Assembly: GCA_019347595.1 (NCBI GenBank)
Contig: JAHWLA010000002.1
Span: forward strand, 1-35,343
Length of the DNA: 35,343 nucleotides
From: Actinomycetota bacterium
GTDB lineage: Bacteria; Actinomycetota; Acidimicrobiia; Acidimicrobiales; JAHWLA01
Direction: 5' to 3'
The translations under genes were made by a program, and so were the position numbers. Under the pieces are notes generated by a model, which saw only the letters and a program-made list of their open reading frames with translations, was not told the origin of the DNA and ran no database searches. Shown here one piece after another: positions 9,385 through 15,877 of the stretch; within the stretch, counting starts at the first letter, position 1; each line of letters begins with the position of its first letter.

Positions 9385-10091
9385 TCGAGCGCCGCCCGCT
9401 CGGCGGGCCGACCGGGCGGGCAGGGCTCCGGCTCGACGGGCGAGCCCATCGACTGCTGCGAGAGGAGATCGTGCTGGGAATCCGCTCCCCGGGCGACGTC
9501 GTCGACGAGCGGGCCGTGGCCGACCAGTACGGCGTCCGGCCGGGAGCGGTGCGGTCGGCGTGCAACTCGCTGGCCCGTGACGGCTTGGTGGTCCCGCTGG
9601 CCGAGCATCGCCATGCCGTCGCCGCGCTGGATCCCAAGGAGGTGCACGAGACCTACGAGATGCGCCTGATCGTCGAACCTGCCGCCGCCGGACTCGCCGC
9701 TGAACGGATCGAGGAGCAGACAGCCCGCGAGCTGCGCAGCATCGTGGTGGCCCGGCCGACTGGGCCGGAGCACGGCGACTGCCTGGCGTCGATGAAGGCC
9801 GACCGGTACTTCCACGTCCTCGTCGCAGAGGGTTCGGGAAACGCCCACCTCGTCGAGCTCATCGAGCAGATGTTCGACCGCATGGCACGACTGATCCACC
9901 TGACACTGCACGGCGACACCCGTGAGGATCCGGTGGACGACCACCACGATCTCGTGAACGCCATCCTGGCCGGCGAGCGCCGCAACGCCGAGGAGATCGC
10001 CCGGCACCACGTGAGACGGTCGCGTCGGCGGCTGATCGAGGCCTTGGTGCGGGAGCACGCGGACAACGAAGTGCGCGCCTCACGCTCCTGA
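9375..10091 (+). CDS. GntR family transcriptional regulator (FCD type)
   Basis: The in-frame ATG at 9375 (MSLIERRPLG) overlaps the csoR stop by 10 nt. The HTH reads 'VVDERAVADQYGVRPGAVRSACNSLARDGLVV' and the FCD-like domain 'DRYFHVLVAEGSGNAHL'. Confidence 0.8.
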   Translation: MSLIERRPLGGPTGRAGLRLDGRAHRLLREEIVLGIRSPGDVVDERAVADQYGVRPGAVRSACNSLARDGLVVPLAEHRHAVAALDPKEVHETYEMRLIVEPAAAGLAAERIEEQTARELRSIVVARPTGPEHGDCLASMKADRYFHVLVAEGSGNAHLVELIEQMFDRMARLIHLTLHGDTREDPVDDHHDLVNAILAGERRNAEEIARHHVRRSRRRLIEALVREHADNEVRASRS

Positions 10092-10118
10092 GGCGCGCTC
10101 ACGGCCGAACGCCTCAGG
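10087..10118. terminator. Hairpin shared by the convergent GntR and MarC genes
   Basis: CCTGAGGCG-N14-CGCCTCAGG has a 9-bp stem. Both stop codons (TGA 10089..10091 and TCA 10114..10116 on the plus strand) lie inside the arms. There is no U-tract. Confidence 0.4.
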
Positions 10119-10743
10119 GCGCTCGGCCACCCGACCACTGTTCGACGGCGCCCACGACGAGCTCGACGGCCACGGCGGCAACGAGGAAGCCCATCACGCG
10201 CGACACGACTTGGATCCCGTTGGGCTTGAGGAGCCGGTTCAGCACCGACGAAAAGCGCAGCACCACGTAGACGAGCAGCACCGACGTCAGCAGCGCAGCC
10301 ACGACGGAGATCCGAGCACCGAGCCCGTCTGACTGGTGCATGAAGACCATGACCGTGGCGATGGCGCCGGGCCCGGCGAGGAGCGGGGTGCCGAGCGGAA
10401 CGAAGGCTCGGTTGCCCACATCGACAGGCGACTCTCCGGGCGCCTCGTCGAACGGCCGCAGCAGCTCGAGCGCAAGCAGGAGGAGGAGAAGCCCGCCCGC
10501 TGCCTGGAGCGCAGGCATGCCGATCCCCAACCCGACGAGAATCGACTCCCCGAAGAAGGCGAACACGCCGGTCACCGCGGCGGCCACCAGTGCGGCTTGC
10601 CACGCCGCGCGCCCCCGCTCACGAGCATCCGAGCCCCGGGTGACGGAAAGGAAGACCGGGATGGTGCCGATGGGGTCCATAAGCACGGTCAGCGAGACGA
10701 CCGCCTTGACGAAGAGGCCGCCGTCGAAGGCCACGTCAGCCAC
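10114..10743 (-). CDS. MarC family (UPF0056) integral membrane protein
   Basis: The N-terminus reads 'FVKAVVSLTVLMDPIGTIPVFLSVT'. There are about six hydrophobic helices in 209 aa. GTG start. Confidence 0.8.
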   Translation of the reverse strand: MADVAFDGGLFVKAVVSLTVLMDPIGTIPVFLSVTRGSDARERGRAAWQAALVAAAVTGVFAFFGESILVGLGIGMPALQAAGGLLLLLLALELLRPFDEAPGESPVDVGNRAFVPLGTPLLAGPGAIATVMVFMHQSDGLGARISVVAALLTSVLLVYVVLRFSSVLNRLLKPNGIQVVSRVMGFLVAAVAVELVVGAVEQWSGGRAP

Positions 10744-11066
10744 GGGAGCCCCCCGTGGGCTGCGCCTCGGACGGACGGTTGCGCCATAACGGCAACGGGC
10801 GCGCGGTGTTCCGGTCGAGCGTGAAGATCACGGTTCAATTGAACTGCGCCCGTCTTGTCGGTCTCCGACCGCTGCGCCGCGCCGTTTCGCACAACGCCGC
10901 TGTCTCGCTCGCATCGAGGTAGGCGAAGCACTCGTCGGGATTCACGCCGCCGCCTCGGCGGCGAAACGCAGCCATCGGCTCGGACATCACGTCAGTCGGC
11001 TTGCCGATCGACGGCCGGGGAGAGGAAGGAGGGTCCCCCTACCGACGGGCCGGCGGGCCGGGCGCC

Positions 11067-11093
11067 GGAATGCACCTCGGCCCCTTCGGGTAC
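11067..11093 (+). promoter_or_regulatory. SigF/SigB-type promoter candidate for the DUF2188 gene
   Basis: GGAAT (11067..11071), a 16-nt spacer and GGGTAC (11088..11093) fit the mycobacterial SigF consensus GGWWT-N16-17-GGGTAY. The ATG at 11103 is only 9 nt downstream, implying a leaderless or near-leaderless mRNA. Confidence 0.4.
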
Positions 11094-11102
11094 GTGTCGG
11101 CC

Positions 11103-11327
11103 ATGCGAACCGTCTTCCATGTCACACCGAACGCCAACGGCTGGGAAGTCCGCCAAGAGGGGTCGGACGCCACCGAGGTCCTCGTCGACGACAAGGACAA
11201 CGCCGTCTCCCACGCCCGCGAGCTCGCCAAGGAGCGGGAGCCGTCCCAGGTGATCATCCACACGCGCGACGGTCGGTTCGAGACGGAGTACACCTACGGC
11301 GACGACCCTCGGGACGTCCCCGGGTGA
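11103..11327 (+). CDS. DUF2188 domain protein (small, stress-regulon-type)
   Basis: The product 'MRTVFHVTPNANGWEVRQEGSDATEVLVDDKDNAVSHARELAKEREPSQVIIHTRDGRFETEYTYGDDP' matches the DUF2188 pattern (HV.P...GW.v...g......f....eA...A...A......v.IH..dG.i). I chose the internal ATG over the longest-ORF start at 11001. Confidence 0.6.
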   Translation: MRTVFHVTPNANGWEVRQEGSDATEVLVDDKDNAVSHARELAKEREPSQVIIHTRDGRFETEYTYGDDPRDVPG

Positions 11328-11334
11328 GGGCGCT

Positions 11335-13479
11335 TCAGTAAGCCAACAGCTCCGCCGCTCCCGCCGCGATGTCGTCGACCTGCGGGAGGACGGCGCTCTC
11401 CAGTGTGGGCTCGTAGGCCACGTGGGTGTCGAGCGCCGTCACCCGTCGCACCGGCGCATCGAGGTCGGCGAAGCATTCATCCGCGATCCACGCTGCCACT
11501 TCCGCGCCGAAGCCGCACGTGAGCACGTCCTCGTGCACCACCAACACCTTGCCCGTGCGCCGCACCGACTCCCCCACCAAATCCTTGTCCCACGGCACGA
11601 TCGTCCGCAGGTCGATCACCTCCACCTCCCCGGCGCCCTCCTCGGCGAGCCGGGCCGCCGCCTGCAACGACTTCTCCACCGTGGCGCCGTAGGTCACGAT
11701 CGTCACATCGCGGCCCGGGCGTCGCACGTCACCGACACCGAACGGCAGCACCCAGTCCGACGGCGGGTACGGGTCGCGGGTGTAGGGCTGGCGCAGCAGG
11801 TGCTTGTGCTCCAGGAACAGCACCGGGTCCTCGTAGCGGAAGGCCGCCCGCAACAACCCGGCGGCATCACGCGCCCGTGACGGGAAGGCGATCAGCAGCC
11901 CGGGCACGTGGGCGAAGATCGACTCGCCGCACTGCGAGTGCCAGATCGCCCCGCCGGTGAGGTAACCACCGATCGGCACCCGCACCACCAGCGGGCACGT
12001 GAACGTACCGGCCGAACGCCAGCGGATGGTGGCCGCCTCGCTCTTGAGCTGCTGCATGGCGGGCCAGACGTAGTCGAAGAACTGGATCTCGGGCGCCGGG
12101 CGCAGGCCGCGGATGGCCTGCCCCACCGCTCGGCCGATGATGTTGGCCTCGGCCAGCGGGGTGTTGTAGCAGCGGGCGATGCCGAAGGTGCGCTGGAGCC
12201 CGTGCGTCGTCCCGAACACGCCGCCCTTGCCCTCGACGTTGGCGAGGACCAGCTCCCGTGCATCGGCCACGTCCTCGCCGAACACCCGGATGCGCTCGTC
12301 GGCCGCCATCTGCTCGTGCAGCGTCCGCTTGATCGCCTCGCCGAAGGCGACGACCTCACCGGCGTCGCCGTCGGTTTCGCCGTCAGCATCGCCGCCGGCG
12401 GGCGGCTCCCCGGGATCGAGGAGCCCCTCGGGGACCACGTACACGTGCTCGGTGACTGTGGCGGGGTCGGGCCGGGGCGCGGCCAGCGCCTCTCGCGCCG
12501 CCTCGGCCACCACTTGGCGCGCCTCGTCGCGGACGGCCGCCGCCTCCTCCTCGGTCAGCACCCCGCCGTGGACCAGGTTGCGCTCCAGCAACAGGATCGG
12601 GTCGTGCTCCGCCTCGTCGGCCAGCTCCTCGGGCGAGCGGTACTTGCTCTGGGTGTCGGCCGCCGAGTGCGAGTACGGCCGCGTGACGGTGGCATGAATG
12701 AGCGCCGGCCCCACGCCCGCCCGCACGTGGGCAATGGCCTTGGCGCCGTTGCGCCGGGCGGTGAAGTAGTCACGCCCGTCGAAGCGGTGGACCGCCAAGC
12801 CGCGGAAGCCGCGGACCAGCTCGGAGACCGGCGCCGGCGACTGGTCCGACGACGGGACGGAAATGGCGAAGCCGTTGTCGGCCACCAGGAACAGCACGGG
12901 CAGGTGCAGGGTGGCCGCCGTGTTCAACGACTCCCAGAACTCGCCCTCCGACGTGGCGCCCTCGCCCAGCGAGACGTACGTCAGCTCGTCGCCGTGGGCC
13001 GAACAGCCCGGGAGGTGCGGCCGGCGGGAGATGTAGCGCGCCGCCTCGGCACACCCCACGGCGGGCAGGCACTGGCTGCCGGTCGGACTCGACTGGGTGA
13101 CGATGTTCAGCCGCTGGGAGCCCCAATGGCTCGGCATCTGCCGGCCCGCCGACGACGGGTCGTCGGCCGAGCCCACCGCCTGCAACAGCACCTCTGTGGG
13201 CGTCACGCCGAGCCCCAGCGCCAGCGCCTGGTCGCGGTAGTACGGGAAGAACCAGTCGTAGCCAGGCCGCAGCGACCGAGCCAGCCCGAGCAGCAGCGCC
13301 TCGTGGCCCGCGCCGGAGATCTGGAAGAACACCTTGGACTGCTTCTGCAGCGCCATCTCCCGGTCGTCGAGCGCCCGCGAGATGCAGGCCAGCCGGAAGT
13401 CCTCGACCAGCTCCTCGTGGGGGAACCCGAACAGCACCCCGCCACCGGAGCGATCGCTCACCGTCGTCGTCGCTGCCAT
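11335..13479 (-). CDS. Thiamine-diphosphate-dependent 2-oxoacid dehydrogenase E1 component with fused alpha and beta subunits
   Basis: The alpha-like half reads 'FFQISGAGHEALLLG', 'YYRDQA' and 'SLGEGATSEGEFWESLN'. The beta-like half reads 'VFGEDV...GGVFGTT..LQ..FG..RCYNTPLAEANIIG' and 'EVIDLRTIVPWD'. Start ATG 13479 (MAATTT) has GGAGG upstream; the alternative is 13548. Confidence 0.85.
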   Translation of the reverse strand: MAATTTVSDRSGGGVLFGFPHEELVEDFRLACISRALDDREMALQKQSKVFFQISGAGHEALLLGLARSLRPGYDWFFPYYRDQALALGLGVTPTEVLLQAVGSADDPSSAGRQMPSHWGSQRLNIVTQSSPTGSQCLPAVGCAEAARYISRRPHLPGCSAHGDELTYVSLGEGATSEGEFWESLNTAATLHLPVLFLVADNGFAISVPSSDQSPAPVSELVRGFRGLAVHRFDGRDYFTARRNGAKAIAHVRAGVGPALIHATVTRPYSHSAADTQSKYRSPEELADEAEHDPILLLERNLVHGGVLTEEEAAAVRDEARQVVAEAAREALAAPRPDPATVTEHVYVVPEGLLDPGEPPAGGDADGETDGDAGEVVAFGEAIKRTLHEQMAADERIRVFGEDVADARELVLANVEGKGGVFGTTHGLQRTFGIARCYNTPLAEANIIGRAVGQAIRGLRPAPEIQFFDYVWPAMQQLKSEAATIRWRSAGTFTCPLVVRVPIGGYLTGGAIWHSQCGESIFAHVPGLLIAFPSRARDAAGLLRAAFRYEDPVLFLEHKHLLRQPYTRDPYPPSDWVLPFGVGDVRRPGRDVTIVTYGATVEKSLQAAARLAEEGAGEVEVIDLRTIVPWDKDLVGESVRRTGKVLVVHEDVLTCGFGAEVAAWIADECFADLDAPVRRVTALDTHVAYEPTLESAVLPQVDDIAAGAAELLAY

Positions 13480-13587
13480 CGACCTCCTCGACTCGCACCG
13501 ACCCGCGCGATCGAAGCGTACCGTCGCCGTCCATCGTTCCCCCGCCACCCCCGATTCGCCACCACCGCCGGCCGACGCCGTCGGGAG

Positions 13588-14346
13588 TCAGCGAAGGGCG
13601 GCCGCCCGGGCCGCTTGCTCGGCGAGCACCCGCAACCGGGCCAGGCTGCGGGCCAACAGCCGCGACACGTGCATCTGGCTGACGTGCATGCGCGTGGCGA
13701 TCTCCGACTGGCTCAGCTCGTCCCAGAAGCGGAGGCGCAGGATCGTCTGCTCGCGCTCGGGGAGACAGTCGAGCAGGGCGGCGACGGTGTCGCGGTCCTC
13801 CAAGTCCTGCAAGCCACGGTCCTCGTGGCCGAGCTCGGACATGTCGGGCGACTCGTCGCTGTCCATGCGGGCGTCGATCGACGTGAGGCGGTAGCTCCGC
13901 CCCAGCTCGATGGCCTCCACGACCGCCTCTTCGGTGAGGTTGGCGTAGCCGGCGATCTCGGGGATGGTGGGCGACCGCCCCAGGTCCTGGTCGAGCGCCT
14001 CGATGGCGCTGCGCACCTCGAGGTACAGCTCCTGGAGGGACCGGGGGACGCGCAGCCGCCAGGTGCTGCGGAAGTGGCGCTTCAGCTCACCGGTGATCGT
14101 CGCCTGGGCGTAGGCGTCGAACGTCGTGCCTCGGTCGGCGTCGAAGCGGTCGATGGCGTGGGCAAGGCCGATGAGCGCCACCTGCACGAGCTCGTCCAGG
14201 GGCTCCCCTCGACCCCGGAACCGGCGGGCCACGGCGCGCGCGAAGGGGGCATGGTCAAGCACCAGTTCCTCTCGGAGACGCGGGTCGCGCGTCGACGAAT
14301 AGCGGTGCAGTTTTTCCGCCGAGATGTGCGCGTCGAACGCCGCCAT
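13588..14346 (-). CDS. RNA polymerase sigma factor of the SigB/SigF/SigG group
   Basis: Region 2 reads 'LDELVQVALIGLAHAIDRFDADRGTTFDAYAQATITGELKRHFR', region 3 'IPEIAGYANLTEEAVVEAIE' and region 4 'LPEREQTILRLRFWDELSQSEIATRMHVSQMHVSRLL'. At 252 aa it lacks region 1.1. Confidence 0.85.
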   Translation of the reverse strand: MAAFDAHISAEKLHRYSSTRDPRLREELVLDHAPFARAVARRFRGRGEPLDELVQVALIGLAHAIDRFDADRGTTFDAYAQATITGELKRHFRSTWRLRVPRSLQELYLEVRSAIEALDQDLGRSPTIPEIAGYANLTEEAVVEAIELGRSYRLTSIDARMDSDESPDMSELGHEDRGLQDLEDRDTVAALLDCLPEREQTILRLRFWDELSQSEIATRMHVSQMHVSRLLARSLARLRVLAEQAARAAALR

Positions 14347-14525
14347 GGGCTACTCCCCGATGGCGATTGTTGCACAGGCGGTCTCGGCGCAAACGCGACG
14401 ATTGCGTCCCGAATCGGTCAGCCTCGGTCCAGCATGTCGTCGCCGGCCGCGCCGCACTCGTCCCGCCACTGTGGACCGACCCTCGGCTATCGCCGCAGGG
14501 GTAGCGGCGACCTGCGCGCGTGCGC

Positions 14526-14551
14526 CGCTTGCGGCGGGCGGCGCTGGGTAC
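14526..14551 (+). promoter_or_regulatory. Weaker SigF/SigB-type promoter candidate for the GNAT gene
   Basis: CGCTT (14526..14530), a 15-nt spacer and GGGTAC (14546..14551), with the ATG at 14562 ten nt downstream. The geometry matches 11088..11103, but the -35 is only a partial match. Confidence 0.3.
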
Positions 14552-14561
14552 GAACGGTGGC

Positions 14562-14843
14562 ATGGAGGCCGATGTCCGTCACAACCCCGACGAGTCCCGC
14601 TACGAGGTCTTCGTGGGGTCGACGCTGGTCGGCGTGGCCGACTACCGCGTGGTCGACGGGGTCGTGGTGTTCCCCCACACCGAGGTGCACCCGACCATGC
14701 GGGGCCGGGGCCTGGCGGCACGACTCGTGCGGGCCGCGCTCGACGACGTGCGGGAGACGGGACGGGCCGTCGAGGCGCGCTGCTCGTTCGTGGCCGGCTT
14801 CATCGACGACCACCCCGAGTACGCCGACCTCCTGGCTGCCTGA
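14562..14843 (+). CDS. Small GNAT-like N-acetyltransferase (YjdJ/Acetyltransf_CG type)
   Basis: The product 'MEADVRHNPDESRYEVFVGSTLVGVADYRVVDGVVVFPHTEVHPTMRGRGLAARLVRAALDDVRETGRAVEARCSFVAGFIDDHPEYADL' is typical of the about 95-aa family. I preferred the internal ATG 14562 to GTG 14520. Confidence 0.7.
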   Translation: MEADVRHNPDESRYEVFVGSTLVGVADYRVVDGVVVFPHTEVHPTMRGRGLAARLVRAALDDVRETGRAVEARCSFVAGFIDDHPEYADLLAA

Positions 14844-14845
14844 GC

Positions 14846-14897
14846 CGTTCTGGTCCGCAGATCGCGCGGTATACGGCGCGATCTGCGGACCAGAACG
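14846..14897. repeat. Palindromic repeat element, copy 1 (long hairpin at a convergent junction)
   Basis: CGTTCTGGTCCGCAGATCGCG (14846..14866) pairs with CGCGATCTGCGGACCAGAACG (14877..14897). It starts 3 nt after the GNAT stop. The core TTCTGGTCCG[C/T]AGATC recurs at 19241..19288. Confidence 0.7.
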
Positions 14898-14926
14898 GGA
14901 AAGGCCGGCCCGGAGGCCGGCTTTCC
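14898..14926 (-). terminator. Hairpin immediately 3' of tRNA-Gly
   Basis: GGAAAG(G)CCGGCC-CGGA-GGCCGGCTTTCC forms a 12-bp stem with one bulge. It abuts the tRNA CCA end at 14927. Confidence 0.45.
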
Positions 14927-15002
14927 TGGAGCGGACGACGGGATTCGAACCCGCGACCCTCACCTTGGCAAGGTGATGCTCTACCAACTGAGCCACGTCC
15001 GC
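14927..15002 (-). tRNA. tRNA-Gly (anticodon GCC), 76 nt with encoded CCA
   Basis: The reverse complement is GCGGACGTGGCTCAGTTGGTAGAGCATCACCTTGCCAAGGTGAGGGTCGCGGGTTCGAATCCCGTCGTCCGCTCCA. It folds as a cloverleaf: 7-bp acceptor stem, anticodon loop TTGCCAA and T-loop TTCGAAT. Confidence 0.95.
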
Positions 15003-15037
15003 AGCGGATGCTCACGATAGCAAACGCAGCGCTCCGC

Positions 15038-15877
15038 TCACCCGCCGCCGTACGCCTGCAGGTGCGTCAGCACCAGCGGCGCCAGCCGGTCGGCCTCGTG
15101 CTCGGGCACCCAGTGGGTCGCTCCTTCCAGCACCTCGAAGCGGTACGGCCCGGTCACGTGCCTGCCCGTGTCGTAGGCCGCTGTCGGGGTCACGTAGCCG
15201 TCGTTTGCGCCCCACACGTACAGCGTCGGGACGGCCACCCGCCCGGCGGGCGCGGAGGCCGCCAACGGCAGCGCCCGGTACCAGTCGAGGGCGGCCCGCA
15301 GCGCGCCCGGCCTGCGCAGGTGCTCCACGAACCGCGCCGCCACGTCGTCGGCCAGCCCGGCGCGCACAAGGATCGTCCGCAGCGCCCACCCGTCGCGCGC
15401 CAGCAGCACGCGCTCGGGCAGACCGGGTATCTGCACGGCGAACATGTACCACGACTGCAGCGGCTGGGCGCTGTGCGTCATCGCGTACACGAACGCCCGC
15501 GGGTGCCCGACCGACACCGCGGTCAACGACCGCAGCCGCTCGGGGTGCGAGGCCGCCAGCGTCCACGCCACGTTGGCGCCGAAGTCGTGCCCCACCAGAT
15601 GGAACCGCTCGACGCCGGCGGCGTCGGCCAACGCCAGTACGTCGCCCACCAACTCGGACGGCACGTACGACCGCCGCCCCGTCGGCCGGGCGCCGGGCGA
15701 GTAGCCGCGCTGGTTGGGGGCCAGCGTGCGGTAGCCGGCCTCCACCAAGGCGGGCACCACGCCGTCCCATGCCGCCGCCGTCTCCGGGAACCCGTGCAGC
15801 AGCACCACCGCCTCGCCGTCCTCCGGCCCGCGGTCGCCGACGTCGAAGACGAGCTCCCCCCGGCTGAACTGCTCCAT
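15038..15877 (-). CDS. Alpha/beta hydrolase (epoxide hydrolase/haloalkane dehalogenase-like fold)
   Basis: The in-frame ATG at 15877 (MEQFSRGELVFDV) overlaps the WS/DGAT stop (TGATG). The sequence reads 'VVLLHGFPETAAAW', 'APNQRGYS' and the nucleophile elbow 'HLVGHDFGA'. Confidence 0.85.
   Translation of the reverse strand: MEQFSRGELVFDVGDRGPEDGEAVVLLHGFPETAAAWDGVVPALVEAGYRTLAPNQRGYSPGARPTGRRSYVPSELVGDVLALADAAGVERFHLVGHDFGANVAWTLAASHPERLRSLTAVSVGHPRAFVYAMTHSAQPLQSWYMFAVQIPGLPERVLLARDGWALRTILVRAGLADDVAARFVEHLRRPGALRAALDWYRALPLAASAPAGRVAVPTLYVWGANDGYVTPTAAYDTGRHVTGPYRFEVLEGATHWVPEHEADRLAPLVLTHLQAYGGG

Noticed and set aside
10776-10795. A shared GGTTGCGCC(A/G)T(A/T)AC motif 30-50 nt upstream of both marC (10776..10795) and cfa (about 33787..33800).
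   Set aside because: Only a 9-mer (GGCGCAACC on the coding strand) is identical. In GC-rich DNA of this length a chance recurrence is plausible, and no dyad symmetry is common to both sites.
10835-10987. A 50-codon minus-strand ORF in the marC/DUF2188 gap, considered as a feature call.
   Set aside because: It has no recognisable family and no clear ribosome-binding site, and its third-position bias is only moderate. I kept it as a low-interest observation rather than an annotated gene.
11908-14976. A 1022-aa plus-strand ORF spanning the E1 dehydrogenase, the sigma factor, the GNAT gene and the tRNA.
   Set aside because: It runs antisense through two well-supported genes and straight across a tRNA and two hairpins. 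Its composition is low in complexity and it has no motifs.
14927-15002. tRNA-Gly as a possible integration site flanked by a genomic island.
   Set aside because: There is no integrase, no direct repeat of the tRNA 3' end and no compositional break on either side. The neighbouring genes are ordinary housekeeping or metabolic genes.
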